DNA of 62,954 nucleotides, the filler included, from Octopus bimaculoides (taxonomy: Eukaryota), in NCBI RefSeq assembly GCF_001194135.2. It is 5 parts of 5 records of this genome, joined end to end, with 100 filler letters (N's around TTAATTAATTAA, not from the genome) between each part and the next. Parts side by side here need not be neighbours in the genome. Positions count along the whole stretch, not along the records: positions 1 to 31,783 come from NC_068987.1; 4 more parts are not named here. The stretch is one strand, 5' to 3'. This document shows, one piece after another, positions 12,866 to 26,216 of the stretch. Position 1 is the stretch's first letter; each line of letters opens with the position of its first letter. A model generated the notes under the pieces. The model was not told the DNA's origin and searched no databases. It worked only from the letters and a program-made list of their open reading frames with translations. A program made the position numbers and the translations under genes.

Positions 12866-13811
12866 TAAAAAAACAAAGCATTTATAGATTCATATATTAG
12901 TCAGGGAGTGTGTTTCCTTTATCCTTACCAAAAGCTTTGTTTTAATTATATAGAATATTATAATCTAAATGCTGGTCAAATCGTAATCTTTCAATTTTAA
13001 TTTTATGTAATATATATTGTTTCACTTTATACCCCTCACATTTTAAGGTAACTATATTTATTGTATTAGCAAAGATACTAAAGAAAAATATTCTATGTTC
13101 ATTCTTCTGTCATGTGCTCTCTGGCGGACCGTACACACTAAATGTATATATATNNNNNNNNNNNNNNNNNNNNNNNNNNNNNNNNNNNNNNNNNNNNNNN
13201 NNNNNNNNNNNNNNNNNNNNNNNNNNNNNNNNNNNNNNNNNNNNNNNNNNNNNNNNNNNNNNNNNNNNNNNNNNNNNNNNNNNNNNNNNNNNNNNNNNNN
13301 NNNNNNNNNNNNNNNNNNNNNNNNNNNNNNNNNNNNNNNNNNNNNNNNNNNNNNNNNNNNNNNNNNNNNNNNNNNNNNNNNNNNNNNNNNNNNNNNNNNN
13401 NNNNNNNNNNNNNNNNNNNNNNNNNNNNNNNNNNNNNNNNNNNNNNNNNNNNNNNNNNNNNNNNNNNNNNNNNNNNNNNNNNNNNNNNNNNNNNNNNNNN
13501 NNNNNNNNNNNNNNNNNNNNNNNNNNNNNNNNNNNNNNNNNNNNNNNNNNNNNNNNNNNNNNNNNNNNNNNNNNNNNNNNNNNNNNNNNNNNNNNNNNNN
13601 NNNNNNNNNNNNNNNNNNNNNNNNNNNNNNNNNNNNNNNNNNNNNNNNNNNNNNNNNNNNNNNNNNNNNNNNNNNNNNNNNNNNNNNNNNNNNNNNNNNN
13701 NNNNNNNNNNNNNNNNNNNNNNNNNNNNNNNNNNNNNNTTTATAAAACAAAATTTTATAAAATATATAATATCTGTTAACAGTCTTAGCAAAAATCTCAC
13801 AGGTGAGTTTT

Positions 13812-13844
<33 letters not shown>

Positions 13845-14036
13845 TAAAAGATAGAGCTCAAAATCGATGCATTGAAGATACTTTATTGCAGCAACAATTA
13901 TAATAGCAGAAACAACAACAATAAGCTAAACCTATGCACATTTCAATAGCGTATCCAGGATAAATAAACCACATCATAAAATGTCTCATAAAATATTATA
14001 ACATATTATAACATATTACAAATTACAAATTATAAA

Positions 14037-14356
14037 TTATAAATTGCCGGATACTCCATATACATTTTACCCCATATACATCAAGATTTCCTAATGGATC
14101 TTTCTATAACCATAATATATGATGTATATGGGGTAAAATTTTTGGCAGGGGATTTTTACGCTGTAAACCGGGCGGTGTACGTCACTGGATTTGATTTGAT
14201 TTGTTTGTTTACATTCTGAAAGAAAATAACGATGGTAGATTGCGTACCGTCGATTATTCTTTCACCCTCTTTGATATATGTGTTTTGCTAATAATAGTAG
14301 TGTTGGTGATGGCAATAATGCGACCCTGAAGAGATGGAGTATCCGGCAATTTATAA
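14037..14356. mobile_element. MITE (320 bp) with perfect 23-bp terminal inverted repeats and an internal 20-bp hairpin
   Basis: ttataaattgccggatactccat (14037-14059) versus atggagtatccggcaatttataa (14334-14356); inner inverted repeat at 14064-14083 / 14120-14139. Confidence 0.85.
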
Positions 14357-15563
14357 GGGGTGTATTGACTACCTGGCAACGAGTGCTAGATGCTTCATTG
14401 AAAGGAAAATGGTGACGTTATTTAAAAGGTTTGCATTTTCGAGCTCAGAGCTGAGTAAAATAATAAGGAGGATACAGGAGTCAGTCGACTGAAACGAGAA
14501 GTCCCGAAATGACTCGAAAGCCATAATATACTGAGTGGAAAATAGTGTCGCTTGGTGAGGCTGGCTGACAGTTAAACAGCATTGCTGCTTGACAGGTGGG
14601 CCGAGGGAATAATCTCGTTCATTGTGCACCCACCTCCCCGATAGTTCGAAGGCTTGTATCACAACACAGCTAATCGGCTCTGGCTGCTGGAGATGAAACT
14701 AACACGACTCTGTTGGAAGGTAGGTCAAGAGGCCAAAACTACGCGCCCTTCTCCTCCAGTGGTCAGTTGAAACCTAGATTGTGTCACATAACCGTTTTCC
14801 GGCGTTGATACCTGGGTCCTACCGGCTAGTATTTAAGGGGTAATTTGTCAGGGTGGCCATTCATCCGCTGACATTCATCGACGCTGCATCGAAGAGACCA
14901 AAGAACGAAAATCCAAAGAAAAAAGAAAAACACGCACTCAACTCCAGAGTTGAAGACAGCTCTGAAAGTGGGGGGAGGGGCATCACATCGAAAACGTTAG
15001 AATAATAGTGGCCCAACCGGACGGGGTTCCTCCTGATGTTGTCCTTAGCCACTGAATCCTATAAAGGAGCTGTTGAGGTAGCGAACCACGAAACGTGGTT
15101 GGAATTCCTCCTCCTCCTATATATATATATATATATGTGTGCGTGTGTGTGTGNNNNNNNNNNNNNNNNNNNNNNNNNNNNNNNNNNNNNNNNNNNNNNN
15201 NNNNNNNNNNNNNNNNNNNNNNNNNNNNNNNNNNNNNNNNNNNNNNNNNNNNNNNNNNNNNNNNNNNNNNNNNNNNNNNNNNNNNNNNNNNNNNNNNNNN
15301 NNNNNNNNNNNNNNNNNNNNNNNNNNNNNNNNNNNNNNNNNNNNNNNNNNNNNNNNNNNNNNNNNNNNNNNNNNNNNNNNNNNNNNNNNNNNNNNNNNNN
15401 NNNNNNNNNNNNNNNNNNNNNNNNNNNNNNNNNNNNNNNNNNNNNNNNNNNNNNNNNNNNNNNNNNNNNNNNNNNNNNNNNNNNNNNNNNNNNNNNNNNN
15501 NNNNNNNNNNNNNNNNNNNNNNNNNNNNNNNNNNNNNNNNNNNNNNNNNNNNNNNNNNNNNNN

Positions 15564-15612
<49 letters not shown>

Positions 15613-16389
15613 AGAGCGACAGAGAGAAAGTGATAGATAGACAGACAGATAGATAGGTAGATGTATTTAGATATACACACACATTTCCTGCTCTTCCTTC
15701 CACGTATAATGTTTATCACTTGAAAAAATATTTTGTTTTTGTATGAAAAAAAGGAAACCTCGAAAAAAGATCTCTAATATTAATGTTCTATAAATCAGCT
15801 TCTCCAGATTCTTTTCATTGATTTATTGTTTGTTCTATAACACAATATTTATTTATTCTTTTGTTTTTGTTTTCATCAAGAACTTATTATGTAGAATATC
15901 AATTAACGTTATATAAACCAACATTACTTATTGATGGTTTATGATGTTAATAAACCAAACTAATAAATGGGGTAAAATCATGAAAAGATGGTTTCTTTCA
16001 GCTAGTATCATTGTTCGGTTACGAGTACAAGATTGCCATCAAAATGATACACTGTTCTTCTCGAACGAATCCTACGGTTATCTTCTCCATGCTTAGCTAA
16101 TACCCAATTAGGCTTTTACACACATACAAATAACCCATTCACACATATACACGTACGCAGACACACCTAAATATATATGATTATATGAGTATATATATGT
16201 ATGTGTATATATATGTACATATAAACATATATATATATGAATATGAATACATATATATATATGTATATATATACACACACACATATATACATACATAGAT
16301 GCATATNNNNNNNNNNTATATATATCACGGACTTAAACACATACAGGAACACACGCACTGACTGACAATTGCTAACTAAAGAAAGAATT

Positions 16390-16427
16390 GCATGCAGTCT
16401 GCTTCTTTCTCTTGCATCATAACTATT

Positions 16428-16466
<39 letters not shown>

Positions 16467-16700
16467 GACATCCTCGTCATCTCCGTCATCATCGTCGTCG
16501 TCGCCGTCGTCATAATCATCGTTGTCATCGTCATCGCCATCGTCATCATCTTCATTGTCATCGTCGTGTTTATCATGGGTATAGTTTTCTCCTCCTCCTC
16601 CTCCTCCTCCTCCTCCTTCTTCTTCTTCTTCTTCTTCTTCTTCTTCTTCTTCTTCTTCTTCTTCTTCTCTTTCTTCTACTTCTTCGTTATCATATTGAAT
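16390..16700. repeat. Compound (CAT)/(CGT)/(CCT)/(CTT) trinucleotide array
   Basis: Direct reading; explains the poly-H, poly-D and poly-E ORFs. Confidence 0.9.
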
Positions 16701-17123
16701 TTCCATTTCTTATAAAAATCCAAACTCAATCACTAATATGCTGTTGGATTCTTCTACCTTCGAGGTATCGTTGATGTTTTCTTCTTTTTCATTTAAGAAG
16801 AGTAACGGGAAGCAGTACAGACAATACCGTTCTGAGATAATGCATTGGCTTTGTACGTGGAGAGAATCCCTCACCAAAGTAAGAGAAGTTTACTTACTAT
16901 TCCGTGGCACGCTGGGCGCCAGGGGCGGAGACTTCATGTTAATGAAGGCCTTTGTTCTACGTGGTAATTCACTGTTTGTAGCGTACAATGGATGTGCTTG
17001 CCATATTGAGGTATGAGCCCCCACCAACAATGGCGGCAAGGGAATCACACACACAAAAAAAAGCAGCAAAAAGAATCGAAACAAAATCACAATGAAACAC
17101 ATACCGACTAATACAAACAGTTA

Positions 17124-17164
<41 letters not shown>

Positions 17165-17204
17165 TCAGATACACACATTTATATATACATATGCATACAT
17201 ACAG

Positions 17205-17271
<67 letters not shown>

Positions 17272-17702
17272 CAAAGCTGCGTCCAAAAATAAACATAAAT
17301 ACAAGCGTGTACGCGTCAAACTAACTTCATCACAAAATAATACTATATACATAATATGTTATGATGTGGACCCAGCAGCTCCAAAGTATACACGTTAATA
17401 ATAAGGAAATATTTAGGAATTGCCAGGGCATAAACATAATGAGAAATGCAGAGGAAAATCAGTAAATTAAGATTCAGCGAAAATATTCATGAAGTTTATT
17501 ACAAATGTTGAATATGTTTAAGTTATAAGTTACTTCAATGGGATGTGTTCCAAAGAGATATGAAAACGTGCGCACATATGCTTTCATTGGCATGACAAAA
17601 AATACGTATATGTATATAACTAAAAAGCAATATGAATATTAATCTATCTACCTATCTGTCCTCCTATATATACAAGTATACAAAGTATAGAAACACCTCC
17701 AC

Positions 17703-17747
<45 letters not shown>

Positions 17748-17846
17748 TATATAATCTATCTAACTCTCTATCAATCACTCTGTAAATCTCCTCTTTCTTT
17801 GTGTATGTGTACGTGTATATATATATATATATATATNNNNNNNNNN

Positions 17847-17895
<49 letters not shown>

Positions 17896-17934
17896 CGTGT
17901 GTGTGAGTGTGTGTATAAAAAGGATAAAGCTCCT

Positions 17935-18163
17935 TCTCGAGTCATTTAAACTCATAGGACCTGTTCCCCGGTTTTTGTGGCATACATATTCCCCTTGGAC
18001 TCTCGTCCAGTCTGTTGCAGAAATGCTCATCATTGTCTGCTGAATTGACTGGAGCCATATGAAATGAAATTAATTAATTAATAACATAAGGCTTTGCCTG
18101 GTCGAGGAATCGAAACCACAAACTTATGTACATGAGTCCAATACCCTAATGACTAAGCCACGA
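17935..18163 (-). mobile_element. tRNA-head SINE, family D
   Basis: ggaatcgaaacc is a reverse B-box; gactggagc..gaaatgaa block shared with 56700-56950. Confidence 0.65.
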
Positions 18164-19688
18164 ATAAAACACAATAATTATAATAAGTAATACTTTTATT
18201 ACTCATTAAAACATGCACAAGTTTTGTCTCGCAAGTTTTCAAATTAATATTGTAAAAACTCATAACATGGAATTTCATTAACCACTATAGACAATTTTGG
18301 TAAACTAACTATATTCAAGTATGAAGTATATTTGGTATCAATTACTGTGCATTAGTTTTTTTTCTTTTTCTTTTTTTTTTGTCTTGCTGCTACTTCTAAT
18401 GATCACTCTTGATACTTCCACTTCCCAGCAACAAACAATCAGATGTAAACGAAATTTCAGCACTTTTTGACTTTCCACATCAGATATGAAATATTGAATC
18501 GACTTTTAGTTATTTCAGTTTAGTTTCCAATTTTTATTTTATTTTGAATGAAGAATCTCTTTAAGAAATTGGAACCGGTAGCATATATTGATTAAAAAGT
18601 TGCATACCTTCATTTTACACTCATGAAACCTCTTTATATATATATATATATATATNNNNNNNNNNNNNNNNNNNNNNNNNNNNNNNNNNNNNNNNNNNNN
18701 NNNNNNNNNNNNNNNNNNNNNNNNNNNNNNNNNNNNNNNNNNNNNNNNNNNNNNNNNNNNNNNNNNNNNNNNNNNNNNNNNNNNNATATATATACATATA
18801 TAAAATGTGGGGGTTTAGTTCACAGGTGATCTAATCGACTAGGTACGCTAGGTACAGGTAAGTGCTGTAACGGATTACTAGGTCACCGAGGTTATAGCCG
18901 AGACGGCAGTTATGGAGCCATTGCAGATTTCTGATATCGCAGATATATAATTGTTAAAGAGGACATGAAACACTAAGGCATGGCAAACATCTCAAGTCGT
19001 ATACGTTATTATTAGTGGAAATATATATATACTGAAAAGTTCGGCGATGCAAACGGAAAATACCCCTCAAGTTGTAACTAGTTTGATAAGTGGTCACGTA
19101 CGAAACTTTAGACCATCGAGTCACTTTGTTGCTTCTGATAAATATTAGTAAATATACATACATGTGTGTGTATGTGTCTCTGTGTGTGTATGTGTCTCTG
19201 TGTGTCTCTGTGTGTGTCTTGTTCAAAATATAGCGAGGATAATGATCGTAATGAATTAAGATTATCGTTGTAAGTAGAAGACAAATAATATCTTGAAGTG
19301 TTATAATTCGTATATCAACACACAAAACATAAGACTGAAATAAAGTGAGATAAAATTTATTTTCGAAACACAGGAATGGATCTTAAATTCAGCTGTTCAA
19401 TACAGTCTTATCGGTCGCGGCAGATCATACTTGATTTAGTTAATATCTATGAATTAACTCTTTTGCTTGGTATTATACATACCTATACACACGCACATAT
19501 GTAGATATATTATTTTTATGTTCGTCGAGACAGTCTCTACCGACCCCAAAACTTCTGTGAATTTACAGTACCATCGAGAAAGTGTAACGTGATTGGTGAC
19601 CCTATGAATGTACAGGTGAAACTCCAGAGTAACAAGAGGTTCTAGACACAAATAATGTTATTAATCTCTTTTGACAGTCAACACAAAG

Positions 19689-19721
<33 letters not shown>

Positions 19722-20308
19722 NNNNNNNNNNNNNNNNNNNNNNNNNNNNNNNNNNNNNNNNNNNNNNNNNNNNNNNNNNNNNNNNNNNNNNNNNNNNNNN
19801 NNNNNNNNNNNNNNNNNNNNNNNNNNNNNNNNNNNNNNNNNNNNNNNNNNNNNNNNNNNNNNNNNNNNNNNNNNNNNNNNNNNNNNNNNNNNNNNNNNNN
19901 NNNNNNNNNNNNNNNNNNNNNNNNNNNNNNNNNNNNNNNNNNNNNNNNNNNNNNNNNNNNNNNNNNNNNNNNNNNNNNNNNNNNNNNNNNNNNNNNNNNN
20001 NNNNNNNNNNNNNNNNNNNNNNNNNNNNNNNNNNNNNNNNNNNNNNNNNNNNNNNNNNNNNNNNNNNNNNNNNNNNNNNNNNNNNNNNNNNNNNNNNNNN
20101 NNNNNNNNNNNNNNNNNNNNNNNNNNNNNNNNNNNNNNNNNNNNNNNNNNNNNNNNNNNNNNNNNNNNNNNNNNNNNNNNNNNNNNNNNNNNNNNNNNNN
20201 NNNNNNNNNNNNNNNNNNNNNNNNNNNNNNNNNNNNNNNNNNNNNNNNNNNNNNNNNNNNNNNNNNNNNNNNNNNNNNNNTCTCTCTCTCTGTCTCTCTC
20301 TGTCTCTC

Positions 20309-20346
<38 letters not shown>

Positions 20347-20722
20347 ATAAAATATTTGTTAGAAATGTGTGCCTTCCATATTCTTCATTTTCTGCTCATT
20401 GTGTAATATATACATACATACTTACATACATATATTCATACATGCATACACGCACATACATAGGCATCCCTCTCTCTCTCTCTCTCTTTCTATATATATA
20501 TATATACACAAATATTGAGGATGTAATTTCCTCGTAAGGGATTCTTGATAAAAATCTGGATATTAATTGGTGTTATCAGAGATATTGAAAGAAAGTTCCA
20601 CAATATATATGGATAAACTGTCCAATAATCTGAAAGTTAATAAAAGAAAATGGAGAAGATATATAGAAGATACTCACACGTCGTCTTACGACGAATCAAC
20701 GAAAGGAATAAACATAAAAGAA

Positions 20723-20823
20723 TCCTACATATGTTTCAATTGGGCCATTAGGTTTCAATCATTAGAATTCAAGCGATGCTTGTTGTAAAATAACCCCATA
20801 TTATGTGCGGATCTCATCAGGGA
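20723..20823 (-). ncRNA. Type I hammerhead ribozyme motif with expanded helix II region
   Basis: Minus strand reads UCC-CUGAUGA-[GAU...76 nt...AUU]-GAA-ACAUAUGU-A-GGA. Helix I is 3 bp, helix III is a perfect 8-nt palindrome, and the triplet is GUA. Confidence 0.6.
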
Positions 20824-20966
20824 GTGATGTTTACTTTCAGGTGGTGCATATCGAAATAACTAAGATGAGGACTGTGTTTTCAAATATTCAAACGTAAACA
20901 CATATACATGAATGTATATGTATATATGTGATATATGTGGGTATACGTATATGTATACTATACATG

Positions 20967-21106
<140 letters not shown>

Positions 21107-22125
21107 CATAAACATATGTGTAGCTATGTCTAACTAGTATATATGTACATATCTGTATATGTATATTTGCAGTTATTTGTGTCTGCATGCATATCAGTAT
21201 GTACATTTGTATTATGTTTGCTTAAGAAATTCTTTAACAAAAAGTGTTTTCTCTTTTGGTTCTTCCCCGTTACAGATTGAGCAAAGGGTCTCGTATTCAA
21301 CCTCGAGTTGACCTACGTACTGTCTGTGAAGTAGAAAATAGTTCATTGTATTTAAGATACTTTGACGTAGTTATCATCTTCAAAATATCCCATTTAAATT
21401 TAGTTTTAATATACCAAATCCAGTATCATTATTGCCCCAGCGATATAACATCTGCTCTGTTTAGTTGATCATGCTGATTTAAAAAGCTTCCTTATCTTCT
21501 TTAAATGGTATTAGTTTGTTTTGAAAATGGTTAGACATATTGTACAATATAAAATAAGATATGCAGTACTCTTAAGAAATGACGGCATGTTCATAGCTAA
21601 AGATAATTTTACCACAGGTTTGTCAGAGTTGATATGTAGTAAAACAAAAACAAGAATTAGTATCATATCCTAAAACATTATCTCATATGTCGTATTGTGA
21701 TTTGAAATTGCTGGAAAAATTCATTCATCTTAAAATTTTATCATTCAGAAGAGTTTTGCAAACATTTAACAAATCATCGTTTATTACGTGGAATACAAGC
21801 TAAAAGAGCTTACAACTAGATATGTCTGTATTGATGTATTTCCTAGAAATGAAATAACTAGAGTGTCAGTTTGGTTCCTCTAGGTTGTTGTACTGGAAAA
21901 AGACTTGTTACTTAACTGAACCTAAGAAAATAATGGTTGCAATATATGATCCTACATTTTTATTATTATATTTTCTTATGAAATTTCCATAGTAACCCAG
22001 AAATAAAATAAACGGAAAGATGAAATTGACATTTACAATGAAGGATTCCGGCCTCTAACCGATATAGGTAACGTGTTGCATTGGATATGTCGAATCGTCT
22101 TGAAGACATAGACGAGAGCAAACGA

Positions 22126-22177
<52 letters not shown>

Positions 22178-22754
22178 CAAGCAGTAACCGAAACTGGTCT
22201 GAACGGGGAAATACAAATTACTGTTTTTCGAAAATATTTGAAACCTTAATAATCATTTTAAAATCTTTTAAGCGTATATGCTAATTATTTCTTTTTCAGA
22301 GCCTTCATAAGAAATAAGAGAAAATGACTAATGATGTATCCTTGAAATGACTCCGTAGTTTCAATATCTGCAACAGAATAGATTCCACAAAAGGCGTGCA
22401 ATGAAGATGTTAGTGTTAAACCGGGTGACGTTTTAAGTCTACCCTCAATTGAAAACTCCTTTAAGTGTCGCACAGTTATATGATATGTGTGTGCAACCGC
22501 ATTTGATCGAGTCGATAATTTTGAACAACCAACTAAATATATTCGAGTAAATAGCCCGTTCTGCAGTATTATGTTGTGTCTTCAAATTATTCAGTCCACT
22601 TACAGATGATATTTTTCATTTTATAACGAAATGCTAGCTAGCGTTTATATTACTACATGCAAAGCGTACCAATATTTCGGATTGCAGTGCTGACTTTCTC
22701 TGGGTGTACTTATGGAACAACAGTTTAATATTTTTAAAGTTATAATTTCACTTA

Positions 22755-22806
22755 GTGGCTGTGTGGTAAGAAGGTTGCTTCCCAACTATATGGTTCCGGG
22801 TTCAGT
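22755..22806 (+). mobile_element. SINE family B head (tRNA-like A/B boxes), truncated or interrupted
   Basis: gtggctgtgtggtaagaagg...ggttccgggttcagt matches the heads at 43374 and 57188. Confidence 0.7.
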
Positions 22807-23401
22807 TAAGGTGTATTTCTTTAGGAACGTAGTCAAGTACAAAATAGAGCGCGTTCGGCCCAGAATTATTAAACAGCCGGTAGTATTACGCTATACTTCC
22901 AAGTCTAGGTTTAAGTATTCATCACGTGTTTGCACCGAACTCAAAGGTTTACTAACGGGCACAGCAATAGTATATCACCTGAGGAGGTAAAACTGGATCC
23001 CATTATACAGGTAAACCGTTGCTTAATTTAAATCCNNNNNNNNNNNNNNNNNNNNNNNNNNNNNNNNNNNNNNNNNNNNNNNNNNNNNNNNNNNNNNNNN
23101 NNNNNNNNNNNNNNNNNNNNNNNNNNNNNNNNNNNNNNNNNNNNNNNNNNNNNNNNNNNNNNNNNNNNNNNNNNNNNNNNNNNNNNNNNNNNNNNNNNNN
23201 NNNNNNNNNNNNNNNNNNNNNNNNNNNNNNNNNNNNNNNNNNNNNNNNNNNNNNNNNNNNNNNNNNNNNNNNNNNNNNNNNNNNNNNNNNNNNNNNNNNN
23301 NNNNNNNNNNNNNNNNNNNNNNNNNNNNNNNNNNNNNNNNNNNNNNNNNNNNNNNNNNNNNNNNNNNNNNNNNNNNNNNNNNNNNNNNNNNNNNNNNNNN
23401 N

Positions 23402-23735
23402 ACTATAGCCTTGGGCCGAGCAAATCCTTGTGAGTGTATTTGGTAGACGGAAACTGAAAGAAGACCGTCGTATATATGTATACATATATATATGTATGTG
23501 TGTGTATATGTTTGTGTGTCTGTCTTTGTCCCCCCCCCCTCGATATCGCTTGACAACCGATGCTGGTGTGTTTACGCCCTCGTAACTTAGCGGTTCGGCA
23601 AAAGAGGCCGATAGAATAAGCACTAGGCTTACAAAGAATAAGTCCTGGGGTTGATTTGCTCGACCAACGGCGGTGCTCCAGCATGGCCGCAGTCAAATGA
23701 TTGAAACAACTAAAAGAATAACAGAATAAAAGAAT
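23402..23735 (+). mobile_element. SINE family B body and 3' end
   Basis: actatagcc..ggtagacggaaactgaaagaag..gcggtgctccagcatggccgcagtc..(AAAAGAAT)n tail. Confidence 0.8.
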
Positions 23736-24666
23736 TTATTTGTTGACCTATTCGTGAATGCAATATTGAATAGTTTACACAAGACAGACCAGCATTTCAG
23801 AATGCAGTGAAAAGGTTCTCTGCGTGTTATTGTGGAAAAAATAATTCTCTTACTTACACATATATTATGCTTCTATATTTAGATGTTATCCTATCATAGG
23901 TATTATTTATGCAAACATACCACATGGTGGTGAACGACAATAAAGCCTACTGTTTACAATATAAAAGTGTGTTTGAGTGTCACCTAAGCACGCGAATATA
24001 AGTGTGTCTGCGTGAGTATGTCTATGTAATAAGTTTGTACCTAAGATATTAAAATTAAAAAAATATTAAATACTACACATTTATAAATGGTAATTTTAAA
24101 CAGGAAGCTATTCAAAAGAAAGCGCTGAAGATAAAGTAAATAAGTAGATATTTGGTATGATACGTATCTACCTGTCTGATTCTTGCCATCAAAACATAAA
24201 ATTTTCAGATAATTCTTCTTCATTTGCTCTTAATATCATATAAATAGAATAAATTACGAAATATGGTAGAGATTATAATAAAGAAAGTGTTAAAATATAC
24301 AGTGCAATAAGAAAATACATAATTGAACCCAGTTATTACTCACACACACAGAGACACTTACAGACATATCGGGACACAAACATACAGCGATATAGAGCGA
24401 GAGAGAGAGAGATGGGGGGTAGGGGGAAGAGTGAGAGAGGGGGAAAGAGTGAGAGAGGGGGAAAGAGTGAGAGAGAGGTAACACTTTACTTTCGGAAGGT
24501 TATGCTGTCAATAAGTTATGTATGCATATATGTATATACACACAAATAATTATCTATATGTTTCTCTCTCTCCCTCTCTCTCTCTTTCTATCTCTGTCAC
24601 ATACACACACATACACACACACGTACACACACACACTATATATATATATGTATGTATGTATGTATG

Positions 24667-24705
<39 letters not shown>

Positions 24706-26034
24706 ATATATATANNNNNNNNNNNNNNNNNNNNNNNNNNNNNNNNNNNNNNNNNNNNNNNNNNNNNNNNNNNNNNNNNNNNNNNNNNNNNNNNNNNNNN
24801 NNNNNNNNNNNNNNNNNNNNNNNNNNNNNNNNNNNNNNNNNNNNNNNNNNNNNNNNNNNNNNNNNNNNNNNNNNNNNNNNNNNNNNNNNNNNNNNNNNNN
24901 NNNNNNNNNNNNNNNNNNNNNNNNNNNNNNNNNNNNNNNNNNNNNNNNNNNNNNNNNNNNNNNNNNNNNNNNNNNNNNNNNNNNNNNNNNNNNNNNNNNN
25001 NNNNNNNNNNNNNNNNNNNNNNNNNNNNNNNNNNNNNNNNNNNNNNNNNNNNNNNNNNNNNNNNNNNNNNNNNNNNNNNNNNNNNNNNNNNNNNNNNNNN
25101 NNNNNNNNNNNNNNNNNNNNNNNNNNNNNNNNNNNNNNNNNNNNNNNNNNNNNNNNNNNNNNNNNNNNNNNNNNNNNNNNNNNNNNNNNNNNNNNNNNNN
25201 NNNNNNNNNNNNNNNNNNNNNNNNNNNNNNNNNNNNNNNNNNNNNNNNNNNNNNNNNNNNNNNNNNNNNNNNNNNNNNNNNNNNNNNNNNNNNNNNNNNN
25301 NNNNNNNNNNNNNNNNNNNNNNNNNNNNNNNNNNNNNNNNNNNNNNNNNNNNNNNNNNNNNNNNNNNNNNNNNNNNNNNNNNNNNNNNNNNNNNNNNNNN
25401 NNNNNNNNNNNNNNNNNNNNNNNNNNNNNNNNNNNNNNNNNNNNNNNNNNNNNNNNNNNNNTATATATATTTATATAATTATAATGTACACATATCTATG
25501 ATATATATGTGTTATTATACAGATATGTGACTGTATGTCTGTGTGTACGTGTGCATTATATACACATACAATATCCGTGTACAGATATAACGAAAGTATA
25601 ATAGATAGCAATATAGCTGTAGAACGAAAATAGTAAAATAGCGGGCGGAAAAATCATGCGTAAAACAAAGCAAAATGTCAGAATTTGATTTTTATAGAAC
25701 ATTGCACTCCGTGACCTAGAAATTATAATTTGTCGTGATGAAATAGAGAAAAGCAAACGGAAGCTGCTTGATTTTTATAGATGTTTAATGATTATTTCAG
25801 GCAATTTAATTTAATTTAATTTTCTTATATATCTCATTGATATTCAAATGATCCATTGTTTGTTTCAGAGTTTTGCGAAATATAAACACAAAGATCAAAA
25901 CCCATTTAGAAATGGCTCAAGTGTATTCTTGCTTATAGTTTGTAGATTTTATAAAGTTATTTCAATTTTCCTTTCGTTTAAAGTGTAATCAAATTATCTA
26001 TGATTATATTCATATGAACAAATGACTCTCATCG

Positions 26035-26212
26035 TTTATTTGTTTCAGTCGTTGAACTGTGTCCATTCTGGGGCACCGTCTTGAAGGGTTTCAGTCAAAA
26101 TAATACCCCACTTAATGCTTATTGTTTTTTAGTGTTTGGTTATTCAAACGGGTACCTGTAGTTTACGGGTTAGTATTTCAACCGACACCAGTTGTCAAGC
26201 GTGATGGGGAGG
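26035..26212 (-). mobile_element. SINE family B degenerate 3' half
   Basis: tttcagtc..ggggcaccg..accgacaccagttgtcaagcg is the reverse complement of the family B 3' half. Confidence 0.55.
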
Positions 26213-26216
26213 GTGT

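Noticed and set aside
16738-17110. Possible L1/Tx1 3' end
   Set aside because: No diagnostic motif and strand ambiguous.
18070-18081. TTAATTAATTAA without flanking Ns inside a family D SINE
   Set aside because: Length is colinear with the other family D copy, so probably mutation to an AT-rich run; cannot be distinguished from an artefact.
18826-18865. 32-nt segment between a CAG acceptor and a CAG|GTAAGT donor
   Set aside because: Stops in all three frames; no other support.
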